From a virus (lineage: Duplodnaviria > Caudoviricetes), in the IMG/VR virus record IMGVR_UViG_3300020577_005688, positions 1 through 64,000 of that record: a stretch of DNA of 64,000 nt; one strand, given 5' to 3'. Both the position numbers and the translations under genes were made by a program. The number at the start of each line of letters is the position of its first letter. Position 1 is the first letter of the stretch. This document shows positions 8,387 to 18,060 of the stretch, piece by piece. Under the pieces are notes generated by a model. The model did no database searches and was not told the origin of the DNA. It saw nothing but the letters and a program-made list of their open reading frames with translations.

Positions 8387-8482
8387 AGAAGGCACTTGCA
8401 TTCTTTTTTTCAGAGAGTATCTTCTTCTTCGTCGGCAAGAGAGCCGTCGAAACGTAGAACTCAATTGAAAGAGAGAAAGCAA

Positions 8483-8995
8483 ATGCCTCGTGGCGTGTAC
8501 GATCGTAGCAAGCTGAAGAAGAAGGTTGGCCGTCCTGCGAAGACCGAAGTGAAGCAGAAGAGGAAGTACACCCGTCGCGCAACTTCTGCGACGCCTTCTG
8601 TTTCGGCAGACGTTGAGCGAATTGCTGAGGCCATTCAACAGGAGACTGGTGTGGCTCAGATGGAGAAGACTGGGTTCTCCAACTACGAGCTGCTCAACCA
8701 ACTCACGAGCCTCGGAACCATCCAGACCACGAACTCGGCTCTTCGAGAGCGTATCGATGGTCTGATGCTGAAGTTCGCTGACAAGCTCAGCACAGTCATC
8801 AGCTTCGAGGCTCCCAAGGCCGAAGTGAAGGCAGCCAAGGCTCCGAAGGCCAAGGTTGAGAAGACTGTGGAAGAGAAGGTTGAGGCCAAGGAAGAGGTCA
8901 AGGCTGAAGCTGCTGACGCCTCTGAGAAGAACGGGAAGCAGCACACTGTTCTTCCCGCTCCGGTCCCCTTCATCGCTATCCCGACTTCGGTCTAA
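8483..8995 (+). CDS. Basic/low-complexity protein with AT-hook-like GRP motif
   Basis: MPRGVYDR...KKVGRPAK; Ala/Lys/Glu-rich; terminator at 9019-9057. Confidence 0.7.
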   Translation: MPRGVYDRSKLKKKVGRPAKTEVKQKRKYTRRATSATPSVSADVERIAEAIQQETGVAQMEKTGFSNYELLNQLTSLGTIQTTNSALRERIDGLMLKFADKLSTVISFEAPKAEVKAAKAPKAKVEKTVEEKVEAKEEVKAEAADASEKNGKQHTVLPAPVPFIAIPTSV

Positions 8996-9074
8996 TCAAG
9001 TCGAAACACAGTGAAAAGAGAAGGGCTGGTCTCGAAAGAGGCTGGCCCTTTTTCTTTGATATGCCAGCGACCAA

Positions 9075-9509
9075 ATGACATCTCAAAAAGAGCGAGAATA
9101 CCAGCGCAAGTGGCGTTTGGAGAATGCAGAGTATAGGCGCGAATACCAAAAGCAATGGAGAGAAAACAACAAGGGTAAGCAGAGTAAGTACTACAAAACT
9201 TGGAAACTCAAAAACCCATGGAAAGCTGGGGCAAGATACAGAAAGCACAAACTCTCGGAAGCTCAATTTAAGGAACTTAAAGAGAGCCAGAAAGGACTAT
9301 GTGCAATTTGTCAGAAACCTCAAGTAACTAGGAAAGGTAAGAGCAGGGAACTTGCAATTGACCACGACCACCGAACTGGCAGAGTCAGGGGTCTTCTCTG
9401 CGATCCTTGTAATCTTCTTCTAGGGTACGTTGAGAATCATCTCGAAAGGTTCCGACGCCTAGTAATGGGTTTTGAGAAGTACTTAAACAACTCAAAACTT
9501 GGCACTTAG
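9075..9509 (+). CDS. Endonuclease VII-family (HNH-like) endonuclease
   Basis: CAIC...IDHDH.TG.VRGLLC..CN motif; AT-richer than flanks. Confidence 0.9.
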   Translation: MTSQKEREYQRKWRLENAEYRREYQKQWRENNKGKQSKYYKTWKLKNPWKAGARYRKHKLSEAQFKELKESQKGLCAICQKPQVTRKGKSRELAIDHDHRTGRVRGLLCDPCNLLLGYVENHLERFRRLVMGFEKYLNNSKLGT

Positions 9510-9570
9510 TGCCTACCCAGAGACAATGAAAGGGCGCTCAACGGGAGCGTTCTACAAGGAAACAGACACA

Positions 9571-9780
9571 ATGATGACGGGAACAGTGAAGTGGTTCAAT
9601 GACCAAAAGGGTTTTGGATTCATCAAGCCTGATAGTGGTGGAAATGACATCTTCGTCCACCACAGCGGCATTGTCATGAATGGCTTTAGAACTCTCGCAG
9701 AAGGTGAGCGAGTAAAGTTCGAGCTCGAAGAAGGACAGAAGGGCCCACAGGCAGTTCGAGTGACTCGTAATCCAGTCTAA
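9571..9780 (+). CDS. csp: Cold-shock domain protein
   Basis: GTVKWFN, KGFGFI (RNP1), DIFVH (RNP2) and KGPQA motifs. Confidence 0.95.
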   Translation: MMTGTVKWFNDQKGFGFIKPDSGGNDIFVHHSGIVMNGFRTLAEGERVKFELEEGQKGPQAVRVTRNPV

Positions 9781-9825
9781 AGAAAGAGGGACCTCCGACT
9801 ACTGAGTTAGTCGGAGGTCCCGTTT

Positions 9826-10218
9826 ATGATTTTATGCACAAAATGTGAAGAACCCAGAGATGGGTCGGATTTCTACAGAGACAGCTCTAAAAGGTTTGGG
9901 TTCAAACAGCCCTGTAAGAAGTGCAACAGGGAGTCTCAGAGAGAGAACAAACGGAAAGCTAAGATTAGAGAGAAACTCAAAAGAAGAGGAATCACAGAGA
10001 GTGAATTTAAGGCGATGCTCGACGCACAGAACCATGCTTGTGCTATTTGCCGAGCTCCTGCGTCCGATCAAAAGAAGTCTCTGCACATAGACCACGACCA
10101 CAAAACAGGAAAGGTCAGAGGTCTTTTATGCAGTCATTGTAACTTCATGATTGGCCATGCTTTGGACTCTTCTAAACGTCTTCTCGCCGGTGCAGCTTAC
10201 CTCAACTCATTCAAATAA
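9826..10218 (+). CDS. Endonuclease VII-family endonuclease
   Basis: N-terminal CxxC...CKKC; CAIC...IDHDH.TG.VRGLLC..CN. Confidence 0.9.
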   Translation: MILCTKCEEPRDGSDFYRDSSKRFGFKQPCKKCNRESQRENKRKAKIREKLKRRGITESEFKAMLDAQNHACAICRAPASDQKKSLHIDHDHKTGKVRGLLCSHCNFMIGHALDSSKRLLAGAAYLNSFK

Positions 10219-10275
10219 GGGACCCCACAAATTGGGGTCCCTTAACGAAAGAGGGGACCCCAATGGGGTCCCCTC
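10217..10275. terminator. Tandem near-duplicate hairpins at a convergent junction
   Basis: GGGACCCCA...TGGGGTCCC occurs twice in succession. Confidence 0.75.
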
Positions 10276-10304
10276 GGTCTATCAGGCAAATCCTTCTTTA
10301 GCCC

Positions 10305-11036
10305 TTAGACTGCCCCACCCTCAGCGAGGATGGAGTTCAGTTGAACTGACTGAGGAACAGCCACAGCCACTGGAACGACTCTCTCAGGCTGCAGAGCGAC
10401 CTGTTCCTGAACCACAACACCCTGAGCATCAGTGGCGATGGTGTGGGATGGGACGTAGGTCTCTTCCAGGTAAACCGCCCCAACAGTGCTCTCGTTGGAA
10501 TCCTTCATGTAGACCAAGAGACCGCATGGCTGGGAGAAGAGGTCCGAGGCAAGGTTGAGGTAGATGTTCTCGAACCCTGGAGGAATCTTCACATTGTGCT
10601 GATTCGCGACTTGACCTGGAATGCTCTGGTCAAGAACGTTTTGAGGGAATGCAGGGACCAGCGTCGGTGGAATCAAGTCTGCGTAGAACGAGTACAGAAC
10701 ACGGAGCAGAGATGGGCCGTGATACAGAACGCGGCCGAATCCAGCTTGTGCAACCGTTCTTCCAGAAATGAAGTACGAGCGTTCAGAGCCAAGCTCGAAG
10801 AATCGAGCAAATGCTCTGTTGTGGCTGAGGTTGAAGTTCTGGACGATTCCGATAGGAACCGCCCAGTTCTTCTGACCTACAGTCTGGCCTGCTGCGGCAA
10901 CGCCTCCGACTGCTGCCAGTCGAGGAGGACCAGCCGCAATCATCGTGAACGCACCCGAGAGAAACCGACCCTCCTTCAACGCGGAGTTGTCGATTTTCTG
11001 AGTGTATGGCTGCCAGTTCGTGACTGTAGACGGCAT
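10305..11036 (-). CDS. Probable tail tube protein
   Basis: Downstream of the sheath; tube-like IG.VQ.F...ELGS pattern; size fits. Confidence 0.6.
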   Translation of the reverse strand: MPSTVTNWQPYTQKIDNSALKEGRFLSGAFTMIAAGPPRLAAVGGVAAAGQTVGQKNWAVPIGIVQNFNLSHNRAFARFFELGSERSYFISGRTVAQAGFGRVLYHGPSLLRVLYSFYADLIPPTLVPAFPQNVLDQSIPGQVANQHNVKIPPGFENIYLNLASDLFSQPCGLLVYMKDSNESTVGAVYLEETYVPSHTIATDAQGVVVQEQVALQPERVVPVAVAVPQSVQLNSILAEGGAV

Positions 11037-11063
11037 GGATTCTCCTCTTAGGTCACCCAGCTA

Positions 11064-11468
11064 TTACGCGAAGGTGGCCACGATCATGGATGGAACGCCG
11101 CCAGAGACCGTTGCGGTCACCAGAACTTCTTCAACGGCGACGTCAGAGAGGCTGGCAACAAATCTGCCCTGAGCGTTCGTCTGCAACCAGACCTTCAATG
11201 TACCAGAACCGACCTTAGCAGTTCCGGTAGAAACCGTGAAGGTTGCGCTCGGAGTTCCATCGAAGGCCTCAATGACGACGTTCTGGACACCAGCAACTGG
11301 GTTACCAGAGGAGTCGACGACCTGACCAGTAACGGCAATTGCGTTACCAGCCTCGGCTCCCAGAGTCATTGAGACGGCCTTGTTCGAGTCAATTGCGGCT
11401 TCGGCGAGCATGTCTCCGCCCCTCTTGAGGGCCTTGAGTGTCGCGCGCTTCCTAGGTGAGAGTGGCAT
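11064..11468 (-). CDS. Ig-like virion protein
   Basis: VVDSSGNPVAG and TNAQG Big-domain-like motifs. Confidence 0.6.
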   Translation of the reverse strand: MPLSPRKRATLKALKRGGDMLAEAAIDSNKAVSMTLGAEAGNAIAVTGQVVDSSGNPVAGVQNVVIEAFDGTPSATFTVSTGTAKVGSGTLKVWLQTNAQGRFVASLSDVAVEEVLVTATVSGGVPSMIVATFA

Positions 11469-11496
11469 TGTGTTTTCTCCTTTTCTTGTTCAGTTC

Positions 11497-14400
11497 TTAC
11501 ACAGCAAGGGTCAGACGGATGTAGTTGGCTGGGTACGGCACATCGAGAGTGATATCGACCAACACAGTGTCCGGCTGGTCTGCGTCCTGAAGAATGTTGT
11601 TGATCTCAGCACCGTTGAGAACACCAGTTTCGATGAGGAAGTTCAAGATACCCTGGATAGTAGTTCCAATGGTGTCGAGGAACTGCTCGTCGATGGTCTG
11701 AACACCGATGAACTTACGGATGGATGCGCGGAGGAACTTCGCAGTGAAGTCGACAACCTTCGTGATTGAGAGCTCACGCGTCTCAATGCTGGTTCCGTCA
11801 GTCGAGACCTGGTGGCGGGAAGTAACCGGGCCGCCCTGAACATCTTGAATCAGGACGTACGTTCCACCACCTGCCATTGTGTTGAGCTGCTTCTTGGTGA
11901 ACTTCTCAGTTCCAACAACTCCCGTAAGACCCGACATTGGGAAGTTGGTGAATCCCTGCTGAGGAGGCTGAGAAGCGACCATTCCAGTGATGGCTGCACA
12001 TGCGTAGTAGCCCGGCAGGCTCTTCTCAACACCAGCAACTGTTGTCTTGATGGTGTCTGGGAAGACCGAGTACAGGCGACGGTTCTTGAATCCAGCATTG
12101 GCTTCCGCAACCACTTCCGAAACCAAGCTGTAGTCAAGACGAGGAGGGTTCGAGCCAGGAACCACGATGGAGGCTCCACGAACCTTCAACGACCAAGACG
12201 CATTGATGACTGTGCTTGAGAGCGTGGTGGTTGAGTAGAACCCATCCGTGTTCTCTCCAGTCGAGAATGTCGTCCTGAAGTTTGCAAGAGAGCCCGAGAC
12301 GCTCGAAACACTGTAGCGTCGGAGTTCACTTCCAACCTCGAACTCCATGTAGACACCATCGCTGGCCGCGAAAGGAAGAGCTGGGTTCTTTCCAGCAGCC
12401 ACCAAACCAGCAGCGGGGTTCACATCGAGCAGCATCTGATTCGAAGTCGCAGTGCTGTTCGCCTTCGTCCCAGATGCAGCGACCACGGGGTTCTTACGAA
12501 CTGGCATCGCCTTGTTGATGAAGACGATACGCTCTCCACCCTGTTCTGGAGCGGAGATCGCAACCACGTGCGCACCGAAGATGCTGTGAACCACTTCGTT
12601 CTGAGTCAAAGGTGCAATTGCGTACACCTCTTCAGACTCCAGCATGGCTGCAGCACGAGCGTAGGCTACTTCAGTTCCTTCTGGAGCCGCTGCTGAGATC
12701 TCATCAACTCCAAGAGCCTTGACCTCAAGACCTGGAGCATTGACGAGACACATGAAGAGAGCCAAACCGAGAGGATTCTCTTCCGTGATGGGGTCAAGAA
12801 CTGCTGACAGAGTCTGCTGGTCTGGAATGCGGAGAACACCAGCAGTCTGAGCAACAGCGGAGACGTCTTTCCTCAGACCCTTGTACTGAATGTACAAATC
12901 ACTGAGGTTGGTGAGAGGGTCGAGTGGGTATCCAGTGACTTGGTCACGCAGAATCTGTGAACCAATCACCAGGTTGCTGATGCTGTTGAGGTACGCATCT
13001 GGGTATGGACGACCGGAACCATTCGCAGCAGTGGTCGAGAGACCGAATGCAGTGGCGGCTGCGCCGGAGAGAACAAGAACCTCAGAAGCTGAACCCTTAA
13101 GAGGTGAGGTGAGCTTGAGAGTGTCGAGGCCACCACCAGCCTTCGAAGCAACCGTAGCACCCACAGCCGTGTTGATGTCAGCAAGAGCAAGGTCCAAGCT
13201 GTTGGAAGAGAAAGTCACTTCATAGATTCGAGGATTCTTGTCGAACTTGAACCTAAGAGTCTGGCCGTTGAGCTCTTCCTCACCAGAGTCCTGCTGCAGC
13301 GAGGTGTAGGCCAACTTACCTGCACCAATTGCGGTTGAAGCAGCCGCAATCCTGATTGCAATGTTCTGACCCGTTGCCACGCTCTTGATGGAGACTTCGC
13401 CACCAGAAGCAGAGGCGCTCAAGACAGCTCCAGCAAAGGAACCGTCAGCCTGCAGAGCAGCGGCAATTGCTGTTGCGTTTGCGAGTTCACCTGGGAAGAG
13501 GTGGGACCTCGAAGTCGGCCAAGTTGCTCCACTGTCTGTCGAAACTTCAACAGTGAGTGTCGTTCCAGTCAGAGTTGTGGTTGGGACAACCTGACCAGAG
13601 GTGAGGAGGTTGGCTGGAATATCCGTGAACTGGACATCGGTACCAGTTCCGATGGTGTCGGAAGAGGTGCTGAAGTTCAGTGCTGCATTCGCAGTTCCAG
13701 TTGCCTTGACGTTGATGGCGTTCAGACGACCCGTTGTCGTAGTCGTGAGACGCAGGGCACCGGAAGAATCGGTTGCAGTCACTCCAGGAATGTTCGAACC
13801 AACTGCGGCAGCGATTGCTGCAGAGCTTGCGAACGGACCGCCTGTGAATGTGAACGTCCCAGTCGTCTCAACACCTGCAACCGTTGAAACATACTGAATG
13901 GTCAATCCTGCAAGAGCGGCTGGTACTGTGATCACTCCAGAGGTCACCACTCCGGAGGTTGCCGCAGTTCCGAGAGTAGAACCAGTGACGGAAGCAGCAA
14001 CCGGAGCAAGAGTAGCAGGGTCGAGGCCAGTTGCCTTGAAGTAGACGTACTGTGGTGCCAAAGGATTGGCGTCAAAGAGCGTCTCAACTTCAACTGCATC
14101 GTAGACCTTTGAGGTGTAACGACCACGACTGTCTGCCGTCGAAAGAGTCGTATTGATAGTGCCGAGACGGAAACGAGCCGGCTCGACCTTCATGATTTCC
14201 GCGCTCTTGACCTTCAAACCATCTGCAAGGAAGAGGTCACCGGCAACGAGTGGAATCGTTCCAGTCGAACCAAACGTGACGGCAGCTGCCTTTGCAGAAA
14301 CGAAGAGGCCCGTCTCAATGTTGATGAGACCTGCCTTGGAAACAAAAGCAGTGTCCACTCCATCAAGGAAATAGGCTCCTCGGTAGAACTCAATCCAAGG

Positions 14401-15150
14401 ACTCGTGGTGTTGTTGTTTGAATCGTCTTGAGCACGGTAACCAGCACCCTCGACACGCTCTTCGTGAGCAGCGGATCCACCAGAGTAACCAATCTGAAGA
14501 ACCGAGTTTGCGGAGCCACCAGCACGAACAGTGATGGAGCTCGCCGCACCGGCCTTCTTGGTGGTGATGCGAACCTTGTCGTTCGGTGCTGCACCAACAA
14601 CAGTGGCCACTTCCTGGCCCAGCGCATCATTGATTTGAGCAGCACACTGAGTCGAGGTCAGGTTCAGACCAGAACCAGTGAAGGTAATGGTGACATCCTT
14701 ATCCGTCGCAGCTGCAACTGGCTGGTCGAGGGCAAGGACGAGGACCTTGCCAACGATTGCCAATCCAGTTCCGCCGTTGAAGACAACAGTCTCAATGGCA
14801 GCCTTGGCAGCTCCGTGGCTTGTGGTGAGGAATGCCTCACCAGGATTCATCAGAAGCTCAGAGAGAGAACCGCCTGCCAGAATGAATGGCCGGACAGAGT
14901 CCTCAATGATGTCGAGCTCAGTGACGTTCCCACGTGGGTCGGGAAAGCCAGTCTGTGTGACGGTTCTTCCAATCTGGTCGTAGGAACCGAGCTTGGCCTT
15001 CGAGTTGATTGTTGCGTCCGAGTTCAAGACATTGAGGACCTCGAATGCAGGTCCGACAACGCACGGAACGAGAGTGGGACGAACGAAAGAAGGCGAGGCC
15101 GTCCTGAAGGACTGGATAACCTCAACACCTGGTCTAATGAGCTCTGCCAT
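11497..15150 (-). CDS. Contractile tail sheath protein with large inserted domains
   Basis: N-terminal RPGVEV; sheath C-terminus (ELSITKVVDF, VPYPANYIRLTL); 1217 aa. Confidence 0.85.
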   Translation of the reverse strand: MAELIRPGVEVIQSFRTASPSFVRPTLVPCVVGPAFEVLNVLNSDATINSKAKLGSYDQIGRTVTQTGFPDPRGNVTELDIIEDSVRPFILAGGSLSELLMNPGEAFLTTSHGAAKAAIETVVFNGGTGLAIVGKVLVLALDQPVAAATDKDVTITFTGSGLNLTSTQCAAQINDALGQEVATVVGAAPNDKVRITTKKAGAASSITVRAGGSANSVLQIGYSGGSAAHEERVEGAGYRAQDDSNNNTTSPWIEFYRGAYFLDGVDTAFVSKAGLINIETGLFVSAKAAAVTFGSTGTIPLVAGDLFLADGLKVKSAEIMKVEPARFRLGTINTTLSTADSRGRYTSKVYDAVEVETLFDANPLAPQYVYFKATGLDPATLAPVAASVTGSTLGTAATSGVVTSGVITVPAALAGLTIQYVSTVAGVETTGTFTFTGGPFASSAAIAAAVGSNIPGVTATDSSGALRLTTTTTGRLNAINVKATGTANAALNFSTSSDTIGTGTDVQFTDIPANLLTSGQVVPTTTLTGTTLTVEVSTDSGATWPTSRSHLFPGELANATAIAAALQADGSFAGAVLSASASGGEVSIKSVATGQNIAIRIAAASTAIGAGKLAYTSLQQDSGEEELNGQTLRFKFDKNPRIYEVTFSSNSLDLALADINTAVGATVASKAGGGLDTLKLTSPLKGSASEVLVLSGAAATAFGLSTTAANGSGRPYPDAYLNSISNLVIGSQILRDQVTGYPLDPLTNLSDLYIQYKGLRKDVSAVAQTAGVLRIPDQQTLSAVLDPITEENPLGLALFMCLVNAPGLEVKALGVDEISAAAPEGTEVAYARAAAMLESEEVYAIAPLTQNEVVHSIFGAHVVAISAPEQGGERIVFINKAMPVRKNPVVAASGTKANSTATSNQMLLDVNPAAGLVAAGKNPALPFAASDGVYMEFEVGSELRRYSVSSVSGSLANFRTTFSTGENTDGFYSTTTLSSTVINASWSLKVRGASIVVPGSNPPRLDYSLVSEVVAEANAGFKNRRLYSVFPDTIKTTVAGVEKSLPGYYACAAITGMVASQPPQQGFTNFPMSGLTGVVGTEKFTKKQLNTMAGGGTYVLIQDVQGGPVTSRHQVSTDGTSIETRELSITKVVDFTAKFLRASIRKFIGVQTIDEQFLDTIGTTIQGILNFLIETGVLNGAEINNILQDADQPDTVLVDITLDVPYPANYIRLTLAV

Positions 15151-15168
15151 CTGAGTCTCCTTTTCAGC

Positions 15169-15969
15169 TTATTTCCTAGGCTTCGGAGTGCCTGATTCGA
15201 TTCGCACTCTTTGCACAAGAGAGAGGGTCTTATCGTAGTTCAGGACTCTTCCATTCATCCCTGGTTTACGGATCTGCACGGCTCCCTGAGCCGGAAAGTT
15301 GAGTTCAGACGTTAGGGCCAGGTCGATGTGTTTGAGAAGCTTTTTGTCTTGAGGACCAATTGACCAATAGTCTTGGAAATAGAATGGCACCGAGACGGAT
15401 ACCATCACTGCTTCGTTGTCTGACTCATTTGGAACAATCATCCCAGGAGCTGACTCAGAACCAACTTGAAGGTCTTCTCCAACTCGGTGAATGCCTGCCT
15501 TCATGAGAGACTTCTTGAGGCGACGAGTCGCCATCATGGAAATCCAAGCAATACGCTGCGCTTCAAGACCTTCCTTTGAAATGCAGTTGTACGTCATCGT
15601 ACAGGCAACTAGGTCTGTGTAGCGTTTTGTGCCAGAGAGAGGGTCATAGTTCGGATGAGCCATGTCTGCCCCATTCTTCGGGAGCGGACCTGGACCAGAG
15701 AACTGGTCGAGAGAGATATTCCCGAAGGAGGCAGGGCCTCTTGCCAAGAGGATAGCGGGTCTCTTCTCGACAACCTCACGAGCCAGAGTTGCTTGGTCGG
15801 AGATGATGATGTCCGTCAGAGACTCATCATCAGACCACTGGTAATTCCCCTTCTCAAACGTCGCGAACGCCAACTGAAGGAATCGAACGAACAAACGGGT
15901 GTAGTGGAGAAGAGGATCCTCTCCCGGTCCTTGTGGTTGTGGAAGACCCGTTTGAACCTTGGAACTCAT
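15169..15969 (-). CDS. Putative tail terminator/completion protein
   Basis: Immediately upstream of the sheath; RPAILL and TYNC elements. Confidence 0.5.
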   Translation of the reverse strand: MSSKVQTGLPQPQGPGEDPLLHYTRLFVRFLQLAFATFEKGNYQWSDDESLTDIIISDQATLAREVVEKRPAILLARGPASFGNISLDQFSGPGPLPKNGADMAHPNYDPLSGTKRYTDLVACTMTYNCISKEGLEAQRIAWISMMATRRLKKSLMKAGIHRVGEDLQVGSESAPGMIVPNESDNEAVMVSVSVPFYFQDYWSIGPQDKKLLKHIDLALTSELNFPAQGAVQIRKPGMNGRVLNYDKTLSLVQRVRIESGTPKPRK

Positions 15970-16292
15970 TTGTTCGCCTCTTTGCGCTCTTTATCCAACC
16001 AACTACGAGCAACGTAGGAGCCGGCCAATGTCAAACCAAGACCCGCTCCAAGGAGTTTCTTCTTTTGAGAGGAGCCAAGATTCTCCCACTTGTGGCCAAG
16101 CATCTTCTGAAAAGCCTTGTCTGCCAACATAGCAGTGCCATAGCCAGCCCCAGTACCGGCAGCAATTGTAGCAGTAGACTTAGCGAAGTTCTTGAGCTTC
16201 CTCTTTGACTCTTCTGACATCGCAATCTTCAGCAACTCATCTCTGAGTGCCACGATTGTGACCGAAGAATCTGTAGATGTCTTGGTAGTCAC
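15966..16292 (-). CDS. Small basic Gly-zipper protein with DELLKIA leader (putative capsid cargo)
   Basis: LRDELLKIA followed by two Gly/Ala hydrophobic helices; GTG start after GGAG, overlapping the upstream gene. Confidence 0.7.
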   Translation of the reverse strand: MTTKTSTDSSVTIVALRDELLKIAMSEESKRKLKNFAKSTATIAAGTGAGYGTAMLADKAFQKMLGHKWENLGSSQKKKLLGAGLGLTLAGSYVARSWLDKERKEANK

Positions 16293-17145
16293 CTGGCTTC
16301 TCCACATTATGCGGGTTGGTGAAGTTTCTGCTTGCTGCTGGTTGCAGAGCCTTCACATCGATATTGATGGGGAGGTCAAACTCAACGTCCCCTCTTGGGA
16401 TTTCGTGGAGAGTCAGTTCTTGGTGAAGAACTGAACGAAGTCGTTGTGTGGATGCGACAGTTACGACCCGCCATCTCCGGTTCTCTGATTCTACAACAAT
16501 GTCTCGTGGAGAGACCGGAGGGAACGAAATCATACGAGCAGTTGTATTCCCTGGTTGCTGCTCCTGCAGAGAATTGAGTCCAGTCTGTTTGTTGCTTGGG
16601 TCGAACTGAATGAAGGTCTCGACTGGATGTAGGAAACCACCCAACCAACCTGTTCCGAAGCATGTCGCGTGATTGGCTCTCGTCTTCCTTCCGAGAACTC
16701 TGTCGTAGCAAGTACAACGGGGCCCAAAGGTCCTTACTGGAAACAACCAACACTTACGCCCGACAAACTCACGAAAGAGGATGTCCTCAAGTCTATTGAC
16801 CTCTGCGGCGATGAGGTCTGGTTCTGGGTCGGAGCTATTGGTTGGTTGTGTTTCGTATGTCTCACCCGTTGGGCGGTGGACAATTCGAATCTTGTAGTAG
16901 AGGGTTCTCCATTTGTGGAGAAGAGAAACACGGGCATCCCTGAACGAGTAAGTATCTCTGAATGGACCCCCGACTTGGTCATACGGACCCATGGCTGCCT
17001 CAGAGCGCAACACATAGAAGTCGTAGTCGTAAATCTCGTGTGGGGCACTTTCTACTGTAGGACCAGCAACTGGTGAGATTTCCCAGAACAGGTCCAAGTA
17101 GTCGAGAGTAAAGGAACGAACAACGAGCTTGGTAACCTCAATCAT
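16237..17145 (-). CDS. Putative head-closure/neck protein
   Basis: Position in the morphogenesis cluster; RCTC...TCFGTG Zn motif; beta-rich C-terminus. Confidence 0.55.
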   Translation of the reverse strand: MIEVTKLVVRSFTLDYLDLFWEISPVAGPTVESAPHEIYDYDFYVLRSEAAMGPYDQVGGPFRDTYSFRDARVSLLHKWRTLYYKIRIVHRPTGETYETQPTNSSDPEPDLIAAEVNRLEDILFREFVGRKCWLFPVRTFGPRCTCYDRVLGRKTRANHATCFGTGWLGGFLHPVETFIQFDPSNKQTGLNSLQEQQPGNTTARMISFPPVSPRDIVVESENRRWRVVTVASTQRLRSVLHQELTLHEIPRGDVEFDLPINIDVKALQPAASRNFTNPHNVEKPGDYQDIYRFFGHNRGTQR

Positions 17146-17894
17146 GAGCCCTCTCTCACGACTGTGTAGTTCTGGACGTTGTCGCCAATATACGAAGCAG
17201 TAATCGTATACGTCTCCAGAAGACCAGTCAGACCAGCAAGAAGAGCGTTTGCCTTTGAGCTGTAGATTCTGAGCCGCCCATTTGTCATGTTGTTCTGACC
17301 ATCGAAGATGGTTTGATCGAGAACAGAGTTTTCGTGCATCAAGCCCAGGGCTCTCGTCAACTGACCACCAAGAGAAGAACTGAGTGAGCTCTGAGCAGCC
17401 GTTACGTCCGCAGTCAGTGCCCCATCTGCAAGCTTCTTCCCAGCAGAACCAGCAATCGCATGACCCGCGAGAAGCTCATCCCAGACTGCCGCTGCAATTG
17501 CAGACGTGGGAGAAGCTGCAATAGAGTCTACCTTCTCTCCTTTCGTACCTGCTCCATACGTAGCTGTGTCATCCCAGATGTCAGTAACGACCTGAGACGC
17601 AGGCTGGTCCAAGAACAAGTCCTTTGGAGAGGCCATGGAGGTTTGGAATCGAATTTCCTCAGTTGGGATGCTGATTCCTCCATCAATACAGAAAATGATG
17701 TCCGGTGAGGAGGCTGAGGTAAACGTGATGTCGAAGTAGTAAGTCCCGTTCGACAGCTCAGTGAACGCTGGTCCTGGAAGCAGAGATACAAGAGTGTCCG
17801 CCCTCTTGTAGTAAATCCAAGTGGGAGTCAGCCCAACATCTGAGTTTCGAAAGGTGACGAAATACCTCTTCGTTGCTGGGAACGTGACTGCCAC
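17142..17894 (-). CDS. Virion-associated hypothetical protein
   Basis: IAAAVWDE motif; N-terminal domain resembles that of 28868-29917. Confidence 0.65.
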   Translation of the reverse strand: MAVTFPATKRYFVTFRNSDVGLTPTWIYYKRADTLVSLLPGPAFTELSNGTYYFDITFTSASSPDIIFCIDGGISIPTEEIRFQTSMASPKDLFLDQPASQVVTDIWDDTATYGAGTKGEKVDSIAASPTSAIAAAVWDELLAGHAIAGSAGKKLADGALTADVTAAQSSLSSSLGGQLTRALGLMHENSVLDQTIFDGQNNMTNGRLRIYSSKANALLAGLTGLLETYTITASYIGDNVQNYTVVREGS

Positions 17895-17904
17895 GGGAAA
17901 CCTC

Positions 17905-18060
17905 CTACTTCGTCTTTACTCCGATGTTTCGAACTGTTCCGTAGATACCAGTAGGAGGGCGGGGTTGGACAGTACCAGAAGCAGTGGAAGAGCCTCCCGT
18001 TGTTGAGGTGGATGGGAGAAGTGGCTGGATGGCTGCCAATGATACGAATGCGTCGGCCAT
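17905..18060 (-). CDS. Small hypothetical protein
   Basis: ATG overlapping the upstream stop; fills the gap in the operon. Confidence 0.5.
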   Translation of the reverse strand: MADAFVSLAAIQPLLPSTSTTGGSSTASGTVQPRPPTGIYGTVRNIGVKTK

